Counted from the stretch's first letter, positions 40,832 to 52,342 are shown. The stretch is 64,000 bases of DNA from an uncultured Lentisphaerales bacterium (GCA_943788985.1 CALSSJ010000022.1:11020-75019); one strand, 5' to 3'. Notes: generated from the sequence alone by a model not told the origin. Translations and numbers: made by a program.

Positions 40832-41683
40832 ATGTACATCAGTGAGCATTCGTTCTCTGATTTCTTTTCTCCGGACCTGGTCAAGGCCATGGCCAGCGAG
40901 TGCAGTTCGATTATTCCGGAGCCGGATACGATTCTGTTCGAGGAGGAAGATGCACCGGACCTAATGTATCTGGTGCTTGAGGGCCGCGTGCTGTTGTCCA
41001 AGCAAACGATCCAGGGGCATCATGTCGCAATCGCGACTGTGGAGGGACACGACTATTTTGGGGAGTTTGGCGTGGTCGATGATCTGGTGCGGAGCGCGCG
41101 GGCCATTACGGATGGCTACTTGGAGATGGCGACGATTCCAGTGGATTTGGCGCGGCGCTACATCCAGCTGGCGCCCGGTAGCGCCTTGCTGGGGATGACC
41201 ACTGAATTGCAAGATTACGCGAAGGGGCAGAACACCTGTGTGCTGACCCCGATCGATCCGGCGGACGTGGTGGAATCTGTGTGGATTGCCAATCGCACCT
41301 ATCTGGAGAATCGGGATATCGGGCTGATTATCGACGCCGAGCCGTGCAAAATACGTGGTGATGCCACCGAGTTGGAACGTATGATCCAGAATTCACTGAA
41401 CAATTCGGCGGAGGCGTTGGCCAGTGGCGGGGAGATCGAAGTCTCATGCGGTGGCGATGACGCTGGGGGGACTGTGACCTTACGGGTGGCGGATAATGGC
41501 CCGAGGATTCCAGAGTCCATCGGGGAGGCGCTGTTTGAGCCATTTGTGACGGAAGGGAAGCGGCCGGGCACCGGGCTGGGAATGGCGATTGCGAAGTCCG
41601 CAGTCGAAGCCCACGGCGGATCCATCGTGCTGGAAGACACGTCAAGTGGGGCGTCGTTTCGGATCGAACTGGCTGCTCTTTAG
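40832..41683 (+). CDS. cNMP-binding domain plus HATPase_c domain, no HisKA
   Basis: LFEEED...MYLVLEG...FGEFG...RSA, then NSLNNSAEA, DNGP, FEPFVT, GTGLGMAI, HGG. Confidence 0.85.
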   Translation: MYISEHSFSDFFSPDLVKAMASECSSIIPEPDTILFEEEDAPDLMYLVLEGRVLLSKQTIQGHHVAIATVEGHDYFGEFGVVDDLVRSARAITDGYLEMATIPVDLARRYIQLAPGSALLGMTTELQDYAKGQNTCVLTPIDPADVVESVWIANRTYLENRDIGLIIDAEPCKIRGDATELERMIQNSLNNSAEALASGGEIEVSCGGDDAGGTVTLRVADNGPRIPESIGEALFEPFVTEGKRPGTGLGMAIAKSAVEAHGGSIVLEDTSSGASFRIELAAL

Positions 41684-41702
41684 GGACGGGGTCGTGGCGC
41701 AC

Positions 41703-42632
41703 ATGCATTCGGCAGATTTGCTGACCGTAAGTCCGAACTCCGGCTGGCAGGTTACGCTAGAGTTTCCCTCGTTGACGCTGGGCGGTGTGAATCGCGCTTG
41801 CGCCCGTACTGAGCGGCCCGGTGGCAAGGGTTCTCATTTTGCGATGGCGGCGAATACGCTAAAGCCAGGCTCAACTGCTGTGGCGCACTGCCTTGGGGGA
41901 GAGCCGGGACGCCGGGTGCGTGTGGCACTGGACGCGTTGCGGACTCCGCAAATTGTGGGGGCGATTGCGGAGCGAACGCGCATCTGCACCACCTTGGTAA
42001 ATGTGCAGAAGGGCGAGGCGACGGAGCTTCTCGAGCCTTCGCCAGTAGTGACCGTGGCGGAGGCTGAGCGGTTTGAGGCAGCAGTGCGCGAAGCGGCCGT
42101 AAGGATGCGCGGGCTTGCCTTCTGCGGCACATTGCCGGAGGGCCTTCCTCATGATTTTTATGCGCGAGTTGCGAATTTCGCAAAGCCTGATACCTGGGTT
42201 TTGCTTGATGGCTGTCGGAAGGTGGAGGATTTGCTGGAGACAGGGCAGGTGAGGATTCTGAAGGTCAATGAGGAAGAGTTGTCTGAACTCTGTGGGACAG
42301 CTGATTTGCGTAAGGCCGCGGACCTGTGCCTCGAGCGCTGGGGGATCGAGTGGGTAGGGGTGACGGCTGGGCCGGAACAGGCTTGGTTGATCGGCCAGAA
42401 CGATACGTTTTCATTCAAAATTCCGCCTGTCCAGGCTCGCAATCCGATTGGTGCAGGCGATACTGTGGCTGGGGTGATGATGCGCTTTCTACTGGATGGG
42501 GGTGCTCCTGAGCGGGCGTTTCGATATGGCTTGGCCGCGGCATCCGCATCGTGTGAATCGTTGACTGGCGCTGAGTTTTCTCCACTGCGGATGGAGGTGC
42601 TTGCAGCGAATGTGGAGGTAAAGAAGCAATGA
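41703..42632 (+). CDS. PfkB-family (1-phosphofructokinase-like) sugar kinase
   Basis: PGGKG, TRICTT, CGTLP, LKVNEEEL, NPIGAGD. Confidence 0.9.
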   Translation: MHSADLLTVSPNSGWQVTLEFPSLTLGGVNRACARTERPGGKGSHFAMAANTLKPGSTAVAHCLGGEPGRRVRVALDALRTPQIVGAIAERTRICTTLVNVQKGEATELLEPSPVVTVAEAERFEAAVREAAVRMRGLAFCGTLPEGLPHDFYARVANFAKPDTWVLLDGCRKVEDLLETGQVRILKVNEEELSELCGTADLRKAADLCLERWGIEWVGVTAGPEQAWLIGQNDTFSFKIPPVQARNPIGAGDTVAGVMMRFLLDGGAPERAFRYGLAAASASCESLTGAEFSPLRMEVLAANVEVKKQ

Positions 42633-43627
42633 GCGAAGATCTAGGCAAGGTGCGTTTGCACACAAACTTGCGTTTTATCCGGGAGATTGCCGCGGGGGCG
42701 ATGGGGACGGTTTTTGAGGCAGAGGACAGCGGTGCGGAGGGGTTTACCAAGCGCGTCGCGGTCAAGCGTCTGCATCCGGAACTCAGCAAGAAGCGGCCGT
42801 TTGTGGAGATGTTTATCCAGGAAGCCAAGCTGGTCGCGGACTTGGTGCATGAGAATATCGTCCAGATCTACCAGCTTATTTCCGCGGGTGGAAAGCACTA
42901 CATCCTAATGGAGTATGTGCATGGGATGCCGCTGTCGCACATGTGTCGGGTATTGAATGCGACCGGTCAGCGCGTGCCAAATAACCTGGCAATTTTTATT
43001 GCGGCTCGTATTGCCCGTGGGCTCTCGTATGCGCATTCGCGGCGAGACAACGAGGGCCGGCCGCTGCAGGTGGTGCACCGGGATATCTGTCCGCACAACG
43101 TGCTGATTAATACGGAAGGCCAGCCCAAGATCACAGACTTTGGGATTGCCCTAGCTGCAAATCGCGCGACGACGCTCGACGATGGTGCGGTCTGCGGCAA
43201 GGGGCCATACATGTCTCCAGAGCAGGCTGCCGTGCGGGAGGTGGACTTTCGCACTGATATCTTCGCGCTCGGGACAGTGTTGTTTCAGCTGCTCTCCGGC
43301 ACGCCCGTGCGCCAGGCGACGACGATGACGCAGGCGATTGCGATGGCCCGGGCTACGGTGATCGATTGGGATGCATTGCCGGCTGACCTGCCGGACGATC
43401 AGATGGCGATCCTGCGCAGAGCGCTGGCGGCAGACAGGAACGATCGGTTCGAGTCTGCGGATGTGTTTGGGAAAGCCCTCGAGTACGAGATTTACAAGGG
43501 AGGCTATGGGCCGACGATTCAGACCCTTGAGGAGTATCTGCGCGCGGAGTTCCCCTACCTATACACTAACGAACGGCCCATCTCCGAACGACTCGGTGAA
43601 ATCGAGCGGACGCTCATCACGACCTGA
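42629..43627 (+). CDS. Hanks-type Ser/Thr protein kinase
   Basis: AGAMGTV, VAVK, HRDICPHN, DFGIA, YMSPEQ, DIFALG. Confidence 0.93.
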   Translation: MSEDLGKVRLHTNLRFIREIAAGAMGTVFEAEDSGAEGFTKRVAVKRLHPELSKKRPFVEMFIQEAKLVADLVHENIVQIYQLISAGGKHYILMEYVHGMPLSHMCRVLNATGQRVPNNLAIFIAARIARGLSYAHSRRDNEGRPLQVVHRDICPHNVLINTEGQPKITDFGIALAANRATTLDDGAVCGKGPYMSPEQAAVREVDFRTDIFALGTVLFQLLSGTPVRQATTMTQAIAMARATVIDWDALPADLPDDQMAILRRALAADRNDRFESADVFGKALEYEIYKGGYGPTIQTLEEYLRAEFPYLYTNERPISERLGEIERTLITT

Positions 43628-43651
43628 TTCGTATGGCGCCCGCGCTGCGTG

Positions 43652-45295
43652 TCACTCGCCTGCGAACTGGCAGAGGCGGTCGATGTCTGCTTGCCCACGA
43701 TGCTTTTTCAGTTCTGGCCTCTCGGCGAGTGAGTGGGCTGCGGCTAGCGAGCTGGAGAGCTGCCAGCGGGTCCAGGCTGGCGCGCTCTTTGGGAGCTGCG
43801 CCAGATCTTGACTGATGATGGCGGCGATCCCGTGGCGAACGATTTCGGCTTGCGGGTCTCCTGCGGGGGCGTAATCCAGCAAACGAGCCAAGTGGGGAAT
43901 CGCAGCAGGGCTGAGGTTTTTGAGGCAAAGGGGGCGCAAGGCGCGTCGCCGTCGCTCGGCGTCCTCGGGATCGGAATCTGTAACTGCCAGTACGCGGCTG
44001 ACGTTGAACTGGGTGCATACGACATCCAGCGGCGTGATGGCCAGCAGGGTAAGCGCCACCAGAAAGGCGCGCAGATCCATGCGCACGAGCCAGAGAAACG
44101 AACGTCGCTGGGCTAACTTCCAGACCATGAGTCCTAGGCCGCTGATGACCAAAGCCACGCCGTATATGCCAGTCACACGCAGGTGGGTGAGCCCACTGAA
44201 GTCTACATACATCACAATGCGGACGAGTGCGCTGGCAGCGAGGATGACGTTCTGAGCAGCCCAGAGGAAGGCAAGCTTGCGGAGCAACCTGGCCCTAGGA
44301 TGGAAGTTCAGGCCACCTTGAAAGGCAATCCCGATCACGACGGCGCTGAGCAAGAGTGCGCCGGTTAGCCAAGCACAGCCGCTGTGGGTGTACTGTGTCC
44401 AGCTGATTCCTTCCGGGAGGCTGCCATCAAGATAAAGGTGGTGACCGTCCAAGATGTTGTAGAGCAGAAACAGAATGTTCACACTGATGAAGGTGGCGCG
44501 AGATACGGCGAACCCATCGCCAGCTTCCGCCTTCTCCTCAGCAACGGGGCGTAGGTTTTGGGACCAGCTTGCAAGCTGGTCTATGAGCTGGAGTTTCGCC
44601 AATGGGCGGACCAAAGCGGCCATGACTGCGGCCCAAAACAGCCAGTGAACAGGACGGGCGGGCTGGAATCCTTCGAGAAAGAGCTCGAAGACATCGCCGA
44701 TCCAGCCAGTGGCACTGTCGAAAATCGTGCCCACGACTGGGTTGGCTGCGCTGAAAATCCAGGCAAATACGCAGGTTACCACGACGGGGATAATAGCGAT
44801 GCGCAGCACGTTGGCGAGGGCCACGCCGCGGGAGATCGGCGCCAAACGAGCTGCCGAGATGACGTGGGCCAGCAGCCGGAACGGCGCGAGTGCGAGACAG
44901 GCAGGCAGCGCCGCTATGGCCTCGGTGATGCGCCAGTTTCGGGCCTCTAGCTTGCAGGCGTAGAAGCCGATGAAAACGAACGCGAGCGTTGCCTGTAGCC
45001 ACCAAAAGTTCCAGAGTGCCATCACGGCGATGGCGAGGCAGGCACCGCCGTACAGGATTGAGCCGGTAACCCAGCGCTGGCGGGCGATTGGCAGACAGAT
45101 CACGGTTCCAGCGATCAGTGCCGCGAATCCGGCACCACCGGGTGCCGTCCACAGACAAAAGTCGGCGAGCAGTGCCAGGAAGACAACAGCTAGGGTCTCA
45201 CGGGCTGGAATCTTTGCGCCAAGAATGGCGACCTGAATCCAACCACAGCCGCCCTGCTCGTTTTCTGGCTCTTTAATTTCTGGTGGAATGTCCAT
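43652..45295 (-). CDS. DUF4153/DUF4173-like integral membrane protein
   Basis: Multi-TM protein with FSAANPV and RIVMYVDFSGLTHLR. Confidence 0.7.
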   Translation of the reverse strand: MDIPPEIKEPENEQGGCGWIQVAILGAKIPARETLAVVFLALLADFCLWTAPGGAGFAALIAGTVICLPIARQRWVTGSILYGGACLAIAVMALWNFWWLQATLAFVFIGFYACKLEARNWRITEAIAALPACLALAPFRLLAHVISAARLAPISRGVALANVLRIAIIPVVVTCVFAWIFSAANPVVGTIFDSATGWIGDVFELFLEGFQPARPVHWLFWAAVMAALVRPLAKLQLIDQLASWSQNLRPVAEEKAEAGDGFAVSRATFISVNILFLLYNILDGHHLYLDGSLPEGISWTQYTHSGCAWLTGALLLSAVVIGIAFQGGLNFHPRARLLRKLAFLWAAQNVILAASALVRIVMYVDFSGLTHLRVTGIYGVALVISGLGLMVWKLAQRRSFLWLVRMDLRAFLVALTLLAITPLDVVCTQFNVSRVLAVTDSDPEDAERRRRALRPLCLKNLSPAAIPHLARLLDYAPAGDPQAEIVRHGIAAIISQDLAQLPKSAPAWTRWQLSSSLAAAHSLAERPELKKHRGQADIDRLCQFAGE

Positions 45296-45506
45296 GTCGT
45301 GCGCCCCCGTTTTGATTCAATACCAGACAATATGAACGGCAAACATGGCCAGACTGTGAATCGTAGGTGAATAAGAAATGAAACGTTTGTGAAATCGTGC
45401 CAGCCTGTGGTCAAAAACTTTGGGGAGGGATCGGTCGGTTTCTTTTGACTTGCTTGCGGGTTGCCCGAGAATGGACGGCCGTCTGCCCGCTCTGAACGAG
45501 GATCGC

Positions 45507-47012
45507 ATGTCTATCGTCCCAATGATCGTATTCGCTGTGTATTGCTTGGCTTCTATGGGCCTACTCTTCTATGCGATCAACTGCTATGTCATGCTGGTGC
45601 TGTTCGCCCGGCGCCGTGAGAGTGCGGAGGCAGCGGCAGCGGCCTGTCTTGATGCTTGCGCCGACCTGCCAGACGAGCAGTGGCCGCAGGTCACGACGCA
45701 GCTGCCGCTCTTTAATGAGCGAAATGTGGCTGAACGGGTGATTCGTGCGGCTGCAGCGATGAACTATCCGTCTGACCGACACGAGATTCAGGTGCTGGAC
45801 GATTCGGATGACCAAACGTGCGCGCTGGTGGACGCCGTCGTCGCGGAACTGGCGGCATCCGGGCACGATATCAAAGTCCTGCGGCGGGATAATCGGACCG
45901 GTTTTAAGGCAGGTGCGCTGGCGGCGGGGACGGCGGTGGCCAAGGGCGAGTATTTGGCAATTTTTGATGCAGATTTCATCCCGCATGTGGAGTTTCTGCG
46001 CCGAGCCATGCCAGAGTTTCTGGCAGATCATGAAGTGGGACTGGTTCAGGCGCGTTGGGGGCATATCAACCGTCAGAGCTCGCTGCTCACGCGTATTCAG
46101 GCCATTGGGATCGACGGGCACTTTATGGTCGAGCAGCCCGCGCGCGCTTGGAACGGCCTGTATATGAATTTCAACGGCACGGCGGGGGTCTGGCGCAAGC
46201 AGGCAATCGCGGACGCCGGAGGCTGGGAGTGGGACACGCTGACGGAAGATATGGACCTGAGCTATCGGATGCAGTTCGCTGGCTGGAAGACTCGCTACCA
46301 GTTGTTCAATGTGGCACCGGCTGAACTTCCTGAGAATATTCTGGCCTTTAAATCGCAGCAGTTCCGCTGGGCCAAAGGCTCGATCCAGACTGCGCGCAAG
46401 TTACTGCCGCGGGTTTTTCGCGCTCCTACGCCGCTGTTCACCAAGTTGCAGGCAGTGCTGCACTTGACGCACTACTGCATTCACCCGCTGATGTTGACCT
46501 TGGCCTTTCTGGCGCTGCCGGTGATGCTGACGACGCGGGTGGTGCTTTCGCCGACGGTATACGGGGTGGTAGGCGTTTTGCTGTTATTCTCGATGACGGC
46601 GCCCTCGACGCTGTATGTGGGAAGTCAGCGCGCCGCTTACGCTGACTGGCTGAGCCGGATCCGGCATTTACCGTTCTTGGTCTGCATGGGCGTGGGGCTG
46701 GCGGTGTCGAATACGCTGGCCGTGTTGGAGGCGCTGTGCGGCATGGAGAGCGGGTTTGTGCGGACCCCAAAACAGGGGGACTCGGACGAGGCGGCTTACC
46801 GGATCCCGCTGTCTCCTGTTGTGCTGATTGAACTGCTGATGGGGGTCTACTGCTCCGTTTCGTTCTCGACCTATATTCTGGTCGGGCAGTACTGGGTGGG
46901 GCCGTTTCTTGCAATCTACGCAGCGGGCTTTCTGGCGGTTGGCCTGCTGAGCCTTGCGCATTGTTTTGGCTTGGGAATGCGCCAGCCCAGGCTGCAGGTC
47001 TGCACTGACTGA
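45507..47012 (+). CDS. Processive GT2, cellulose-synthase-like glycan synthase
   Basis: QLPLFNE, QVLDDS, KAGAL, FDADF, FNGTAG, TEDMDL, QQFRW, with flanking TM helices. Confidence 0.92.
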   Translation: MSIVPMIVFAVYCLASMGLLFYAINCYVMLVLFARRRESAEAAAAACLDACADLPDEQWPQVTTQLPLFNERNVAERVIRAAAAMNYPSDRHEIQVLDDSDDQTCALVDAVVAELAASGHDIKVLRRDNRTGFKAGALAAGTAVAKGEYLAIFDADFIPHVEFLRRAMPEFLADHEVGLVQARWGHINRQSSLLTRIQAIGIDGHFMVEQPARAWNGLYMNFNGTAGVWRKQAIADAGGWEWDTLTEDMDLSYRMQFAGWKTRYQLFNVAPAELPENILAFKSQQFRWAKGSIQTARKLLPRVFRAPTPLFTKLQAVLHLTHYCIHPLMLTLAFLALPVMLTTRVVLSPTVYGVVGVLLLFSMTAPSTLYVGSQRAAYADWLSRIRHLPFLVCMGVGLAVSNTLAVLEALCGMESGFVRTPKQGDSDEAAYRIPLSPVVLIELLMGVYCSVSFSTYILVGQYWVGPFLAIYAAGFLAVGLLSLAHCFGLGMRQPRLQVCTD

Positions 47013-47150
47013 GCAGCAAGACGAATGGGCGCTTGACGCACACGGGTTATCGTCGACAGTATGCGCTTGACGAACTCGAAAGAGAATACCACTTCCAAAT
47101 GCTGGTAAGATCGGTGCGAAATTTATATCTGGGGCTAGCTGCGGGTACAC

Positions 47151-49040
47151 GTGCAGTATAGCGAGCGACCATGCCCTAGGCTGTGGGCGCTGTGGATCCT
47201 TGGGTTGGCGGTGCCTGTTCTGCTCTTGCTCAGCGGACAGCCCAGTGTATCCGAGCACGAAGCGAAGCTGGCGGTGCGGGCTGCGGTTCTGCTTGACCAT
47301 GGCATTTGGGGGAACGACGCGATTCTTGGCCAGGAATCAGCAGGGGTCTGGCTCCAAGACTGGTTGACGGCGGGCGTGGCTGCACGCTTTGGCTTTAGCG
47401 AATTCGGCGTGCGCTTGCCGCAGACGTTGCTGATTTTGCTTTTGGCTGCGATCTGCGCCTGGGGAAGTGGCAAGGTCGCAGGCATTCAGGCGGGGGCCGT
47501 GTCCGCGGCAGCAGCTGTCAGCAGCGGCTATTCATTTCTGTTGATCGATCGTGCTGGCAACGAACTGCTGGCGTGTGTCTTGCTGAGCTTTGCCTGGCTC
47601 TGTTGGTTTCGGTTCAGTCGAGAGAAGAAGCGCTGGAATTATGCCTGGCTGGTGGCGCATACATGCGTGTTATTTGCGATCTTCGCAATCGGTCCACTTG
47701 CCTTGGTGATGTTCTATGTCCCGCTGATTTTTCTGCGGCGCCCGCTGAAGATTCGCCGGCGGCTCGGGCAGGCGGATCACTTTGTCAGCCTGCTGGCTCT
47801 GATTGGCTTTGTCTTGCTCTGGATTTTCGGGCACACCTCGGCGGATACCACGCTGGACGCGATCGGAGATACCTTGGAGTGGCGATTCGGGTTCTGGCGG
47901 AGCCTGGCCCATCTGGCCGCAATGCCGCTGGTGGCGGCAATCGGATTTTTGCCGTGGAGCTTTCTGGTCTGGCCCGGCTTTTGCCATGCTTTTCGGCGCT
48001 TGGAGCAGGAGGCGGTCTTCGGTGCATTGCTTCGGACTCTCATTCTGGCAACGGCTGCGCTCGGCTGGCTGTTCCCCACGCGGGGCATGACCCTGGCCCC
48101 CGCGCTTGGGCCGCTCTGTATGTTGGTCGGGCTGAATTATGAGATGCTGGTGCGGCGCCATGGCAAGCAACTGCTGCTGATCCCACGGGTACTCGCCGTG
48201 GCTCAGGTCCCGCTTATTGGTGCGGTGCTGGTCGCGAGTTTGGTGCATGAGCCGCCCGTGGTGCCGCGGAGTGGGCTTGAGATGTTGACGAGCGCGACCG
48301 CTGTCATCGGCAGCCTGCTGCTGGCCGCTGCTATCCACCGGCGCAAGGTGGTCGGCCCGATCTGGCTGCATGTGTTGATCGGCGTGGTGGCGCTGAAGCT
48401 GGCGTGGTGCGGGAGTATGCAAATTTATCGCGGCCACACCGGAAGCGAGGCCCGAGCTCAAGGGCTAGTCTGGCGCAGTCACGTGCCAGAAGGCGAGCCG
48501 GTGCATTGGCTGCTGAAGCCGGGCCGGTTCCCGGTGGAGACATACTACCTGCGCCGTGAATGCCGATTCGTAGGGGCTGAGCGGGTGTTGCCGCGCACCG
48601 GCAACAAGGTCTTCGCGCTGGCGCGTGAGCAGCCGGTGACGCCAGGGCGCAACTGGCAGGTCGCGGTGGCCGGAGATGACCACCGGCCCACTCTCTGGCA
48701 GGGGCAGCTTGAACTCTTCAAGATCCGACCACCAATGCCACTAGTGGGGCGTGATGCAGGCGGAACTATGCAGGTGGCGACTCAGTTTGAGCTGGTCAAT
48801 CAACAGCAGCATACCTTGCACATCACAGCGCTGGAGCCTGAAGGCGCTGCGGTGTTCGCAACCGGCGTGCTACCAGCAACCATCGAGCCAGGTAAGGCCG
48901 TGCTATTTACCTTGAGAATGAACAAGGAGCGGACCGAGTCGCAGCCTGGCAGGCATGCGGTACGAGTCATGCTGTCCGTAGATGGCGAGGAAATGCAGCG
49001 CTTGATTCATGTCCAGTTGCACTCGCCAAACGTTGAGTAG
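47151..49040 (+). CDS. ArnT/PMT-like (GT-C) membrane glycosyltransferase
   Basis: Multi-TM protein with FGFSEFGVRLP and FLPWS, plus a soluble C-terminal domain. Confidence 0.7.
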   Translation: MQYSERPCPRLWALWILGLAVPVLLLLSGQPSVSEHEAKLAVRAAVLLDHGIWGNDAILGQESAGVWLQDWLTAGVAARFGFSEFGVRLPQTLLILLLAAICAWGSGKVAGIQAGAVSAAAAVSSGYSFLLIDRAGNELLACVLLSFAWLCWFRFSREKKRWNYAWLVAHTCVLFAIFAIGPLALVMFYVPLIFLRRPLKIRRRLGQADHFVSLLALIGFVLLWIFGHTSADTTLDAIGDTLEWRFGFWRSLAHLAAMPLVAAIGFLPWSFLVWPGFCHAFRRLEQEAVFGALLRTLILATAALGWLFPTRGMTLAPALGPLCMLVGLNYEMLVRRHGKQLLLIPRVLAVAQVPLIGAVLVASLVHEPPVVPRSGLEMLTSATAVIGSLLLAAAIHRRKVVGPIWLHVLIGVVALKLAWCGSMQIYRGHTGSEARAQGLVWRSHVPEGEPVHWLLKPGRFPVETYYLRRECRFVGAERVLPRTGNKVFALAREQPVTPGRNWQVAVAGDDHRPTLWQGQLELFKIRPPMPLVGRDAGGTMQVATQFELVNQQQHTLHITALEPEGAAVFATGVLPATIEPGKAVLFTLRMNKERTESQPGRHAVRVMLSVDGEEMQRLIHVQLHSPNVE

Positions 49041-49077
49041 TCAGCGCGCCCCGTAGTAGAGTGGCGGTTTTTGGGAT

Positions 49078-50142
49078 GTGACTATGGACGCACCGTTTCT
49101 ACTGGCCTGCCGAGGATTACCTGCGGCTCGCAAGCCCATCTGGTTGATGCGCCAGGCTGGCCGCTACATGGAGATCTATCGTGACCTTCGCAAGAAGCAC
49201 ACGATGCTGGAGTTGATTCATGCGCCAGAACTGGCCGCTGAAGTGACCATGCAGCCGATGGAGGCGTTCGACCTGGACGCGGCCATCATCTTCTCAGATA
49301 TTCTGCCGCCGTTGCAGGCGATGGGACTCCCGCTTGATTTCCGCGTGGGGGAAGGACCACGAATTGACCGCCCGATCCGCTCTCATGCCGACATTGAGGC
49401 ACTAGCAGAGCCGGATGCGGAAGAAATCGTGCCCGCGACGGTTGAGGCGATTCGTCTGGTGCGCCAGGTATTGCCCCGGGACCGCGCGCTGATTGGCTTT
49501 GCCGGTGCGCCATTTACACTCGCCAGCTATGCGATCGAAGGTCAGTCCACCCGGCGATTCTTGAAGGTAAAGGGCCTCCTCCAGGAAAACCCGAAGCAAT
49601 GGCACGAGTTGATGGGCAAGTTCTCGCGCGTGGTGTCTGGCTACTTGATCGCCCAGATTCGTGCGGGCGCCGATGCCGTGCAACTGTTTGATTCCTGGGT
49701 CGGCGAGCTATCACCCGGGGATTTTCGTGATCACGTGCTGCCACATATTCAGCGCATTATTCGGTCGGTAAAAGAGGCGGCGCCGCACACGCCGGTGATT
49801 TACTTCGGAACCAATACCAGCGGCCTGCTCGGCATCTTGCCCGAGACCGGTGCCGATGTAATCGGCGTAGACTGGCGGATCGAGTTGGACGAGGCCTGGC
49901 GACGAGTTGGCGAGCACGTCACGCTGCAGGGAAACCTCGACCCACATACTTTGCTGGCGGGGCCGCAGGCGTGGCAGACCGCCACCCGGCGCATTCTAGA
50001 TCTCACCCAGGACCGTCCCAATCACATTTTCAATTTGGGCCACGGGATCATGAAGGAAACCGACCCCGGCGCGGTACGAGACTTGGTAGACTTTGTTCAC
50101 GAGCATGGAACTCACGTGGAGACACACAATGGCACAGCTTAA
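49078..50142 (+). CDS. hemE: Uroporphyrinogen decarboxylase
   Basis: [41 protein letters not shown]. Confidence 0.97.
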   Translation: MTMDAPFLLACRGLPAARKPIWLMRQAGRYMEIYRDLRKKHTMLELIHAPELAAEVTMQPMEAFDLDAAIIFSDILPPLQAMGLPLDFRVGEGPRIDRPIRSHADIEALAEPDAEEIVPATVEAIRLVRQVLPRDRALIGFAGAPFTLASYAIEGQSTRRFLKVKGLLQENPKQWHELMGKFSRVVSGYLIAQIRAGADAVQLFDSWVGELSPGDFRDHVLPHIQRIIRSVKEAAPHTPVIYFGTNTSGLLGILPETGADVIGVDWRIELDEAWRRVGEHVTLQGNLDPHTLLAGPQAWQTATRRILDLTQDRPNHIFNLGHGIMKETDPGAVRDLVDFVHEHGTHVETHNGTA

Positions 50143-51376
50143 TGACCACTATTTGAAACTTACAGCAGGCTACTTATTTCCCGAGATTGGCCGCCGCGTC
50201 AACGCGTTCGCAGAGGCCAACCCGGATGCCCCGATCATTAAATTGGGAATCGGCGACGTCACAGAGCCATTGCCGCCGGCGATCGTCGAGGCGATGCATA
50301 CTGCTGTCGACGAAATGGCCACACTCAATGGCTTTCATGGCTATGGCCCAGAACAGGGCTACGGCTTTCTCCGCGAACTCATTGCCGAACACGACTTCCG
50401 TGCGCGCGGCTGTGAGATTGAGCCAGATGAAATTTTCGTGTCCGACGGCAGTAAATGTGACACGGGAAATTTTCTGGACATTCTCGGGCCAGGCAACACA
50501 ATCGCGGTCGCCGACCCAGTTTATCCCGTCTATGTCGATACAAACGTGATGGTTGGCAACACAGGCTTTGCGAACTCCGCAGGCGAGTATGATGGATTGG
50601 TCTATTTGCGGTCCACCGTGGAAAACGCGTTCACGCCGGACTTGCCCGATCACCCCGTGGATATCATCTACCTATGCTATCCGAACAACCCGACAGGTGC
50701 CACTGCCAGTAAAGAGTACCTGCAGCGCTGGGTTGAGTTTGGGCACAAGCATGGTTCGCTCATTCTTTTTGATGCGGCCTATCAGGCATTCATTCAGGAT
50801 CCGGATATTCCCCGCTCCATCTACGAGATTGACGGCGCCCGCGATGTGGCTGTTGAGTTTCGCAGCTTTTCAAAGAATGCCGGATTTACCGGCACTCGTT
50901 GTGCCTTCACCGTCGTGCCAAAAACGGTCACTGGCCGGGCTAAGGATGGCAAGAAACATGCCTTGCATGGGCTGTGGAATCGCCGGCATTGCACAAAGTT
51001 TAACGGCGTCTCATACATCGTGCAGCGCGGTGCTGAAGCGGCGTACAGCGATGCTGGTAGGCAGCAGGTGCAGGCGCTGGTGGACTTCTACATGGTGAAC
51101 GCAGCGATCATTCGTAAAAACCTTACGGAGCTTGGCTTGGCCGTGTACGGTGGTGAAAACGCGCCGTATGTCTGGTTGCAGGCACCCAATGGGATGAGTA
51201 GCTGGGATCTGTTCGACAAGCTACTGGACGAAACCCACGTGGTGGGTACACCGGGTAGTGGATTTGGCACTGCTGGCGAGGGCTTCTTTCGCCTGAGTTC
51301 GTTCAATACGAGGGCCAATGTCGAGGAAGCCATGAGGCGACTTCGCGAGAACCTGAGCCTGACTGAGTTGGCCTGA
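50129..51376 (+). CDS. dapL: LL-diaminopimelate aminotransferase
   Basis: [45 protein letters not shown]. Confidence 0.96.
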   Translation: MAQLNDHYLKLTAGYLFPEIGRRVNAFAEANPDAPIIKLGIGDVTEPLPPAIVEAMHTAVDEMATLNGFHGYGPEQGYGFLRELIAEHDFRARGCEIEPDEIFVSDGSKCDTGNFLDILGPGNTIAVADPVYPVYVDTNVMVGNTGFANSAGEYDGLVYLRSTVENAFTPDLPDHPVDIIYLCYPNNPTGATASKEYLQRWVEFGHKHGSLILFDAAYQAFIQDPDIPRSIYEIDGARDVAVEFRSFSKNAGFTGTRCAFTVVPKTVTGRAKDGKKHALHGLWNRRHCTKFNGVSYIVQRGAEAAYSDAGRQQVQALVDFYMVNAAIIRKNLTELGLAVYGGENAPYVWLQAPNGMSSWDLFDKLLDETHVVGTPGSGFGTAGEGFFRLSSFNTRANVEEAMRRLRENLSLTELA

Positions 51377-51379
51377 TCC

Positions 51380-52342
51380 ATGGCGGTCCTGCTCCTCGCG
51401 CAAGATGCATACGACCGGACGCAGATTAAATCTGCCCTGAGCGACGCTCTGGCGCAGTGGGGCGGGATCGAGCAGCTTCTGGCTGGAAAACAGCGAATCG
51501 TTCTGAAGCCTAACTTTGTAGTTCCCGAAGTGGCCGAGCATGCCGCGACGACCCATCCTGAATTTTACCTGGCAGTTGCCGAGCTTTTACTCGACCACGG
51601 GAAGCAGGTGACGATCGGCGAATCGCCTGCTTTCGGCAGTGCCGAGCAGGCGGTGACCATGCACGGCGCTCGGGAAGAGTGCCAGCGCCTCGGAGTTCAG
51701 GTGATGACCTTTCGGCAGGCGGCTGAGATTACTGGTGTGGCTGGCAGCAGCAGCTATCGCTCGCTGACGATTGCAGCTGAGCTTGCTGATTTCGACGCCA
51801 TGATCAATCTTCCCAAGCTCAAAGTGCATCAGCAGTTCGTCTTTACCGCTGCGACCAAAAACTTGTATGGGTGTGTGACCGGAAAACGCAAGTTTGTGCG
51901 GCACAATCTCTGCCGTAACGATCCAACCATGTTTGCGCGGATGCTGCTACAGAACGCGGCAGCAGCGGCGCCAGTCCTGAATATAGGGGATGGCATCGTC
52001 GCGATGCATGTCAAGGGCCCGCGCGGCGGCAAACCATTCCCGTTGCAACGCATTGTGGTCAGTGACTGCTATCTCGAACACGACTGGGTTGCTGCGCGGT
52101 TGATTGGCCTGAAGGCAGCCGAAACTCCGCTGTTTGCCGCGCTGTCGGTTGCCGAGCGGAGGCAGCTGGCAGATAATTGTCAGGAAACTCTGGCTGATCC
52201 TCTTGCTGCGCCCGCCAAGGGCTTTCGTCAGAGCTACCGGGTGCCAATCAGCTTTGCGCCGCATCAATTTGCGCGCACTCTGTGGCGAAGCTGCCTCTTC
52301 CGGCTGCGGGAACTGCGGCGTCAGGCAGGCGAAACATCTTGA
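51380..52342 (+). CDS. DUF362 domain protein
   Basis: VLKPN, ATTHP, GESP, INLPKLKVH, KNLYG, DGIVAM..GP..G. Confidence 0.85.
   Translation: MAVLLLAQDAYDRTQIKSALSDALAQWGGIEQLLAGKQRIVLKPNFVVPEVAEHAATTHPEFYLAVAELLLDHGKQVTIGESPAFGSAEQAVTMHGAREECQRLGVQVMTFRQAAEITGVAGSSSYRSLTIAAELADFDAMINLPKLKVHQQFVFTAATKNLYGCVTGKRKFVRHNLCRNDPTMFARMLLQNAAAAAPVLNIGDGIVAMHVKGPRGGKPFPLQRIVVSDCYLEHDWVAARLIGLKAAETPLFAALSVAERRQLADNCQETLADPLAAPAKGFRQSYRVPISFAPHQFARTLWRSCLFRLRELRRQAGETS

Noticed and set aside
47030-47085. Direct repeat GCGCTTGACG x2 upstream of the ArnT-like gene
   Set aside because: These may be tandem -35 boxes, but the matching -10 elements are weak and two copies are insufficient evidence.
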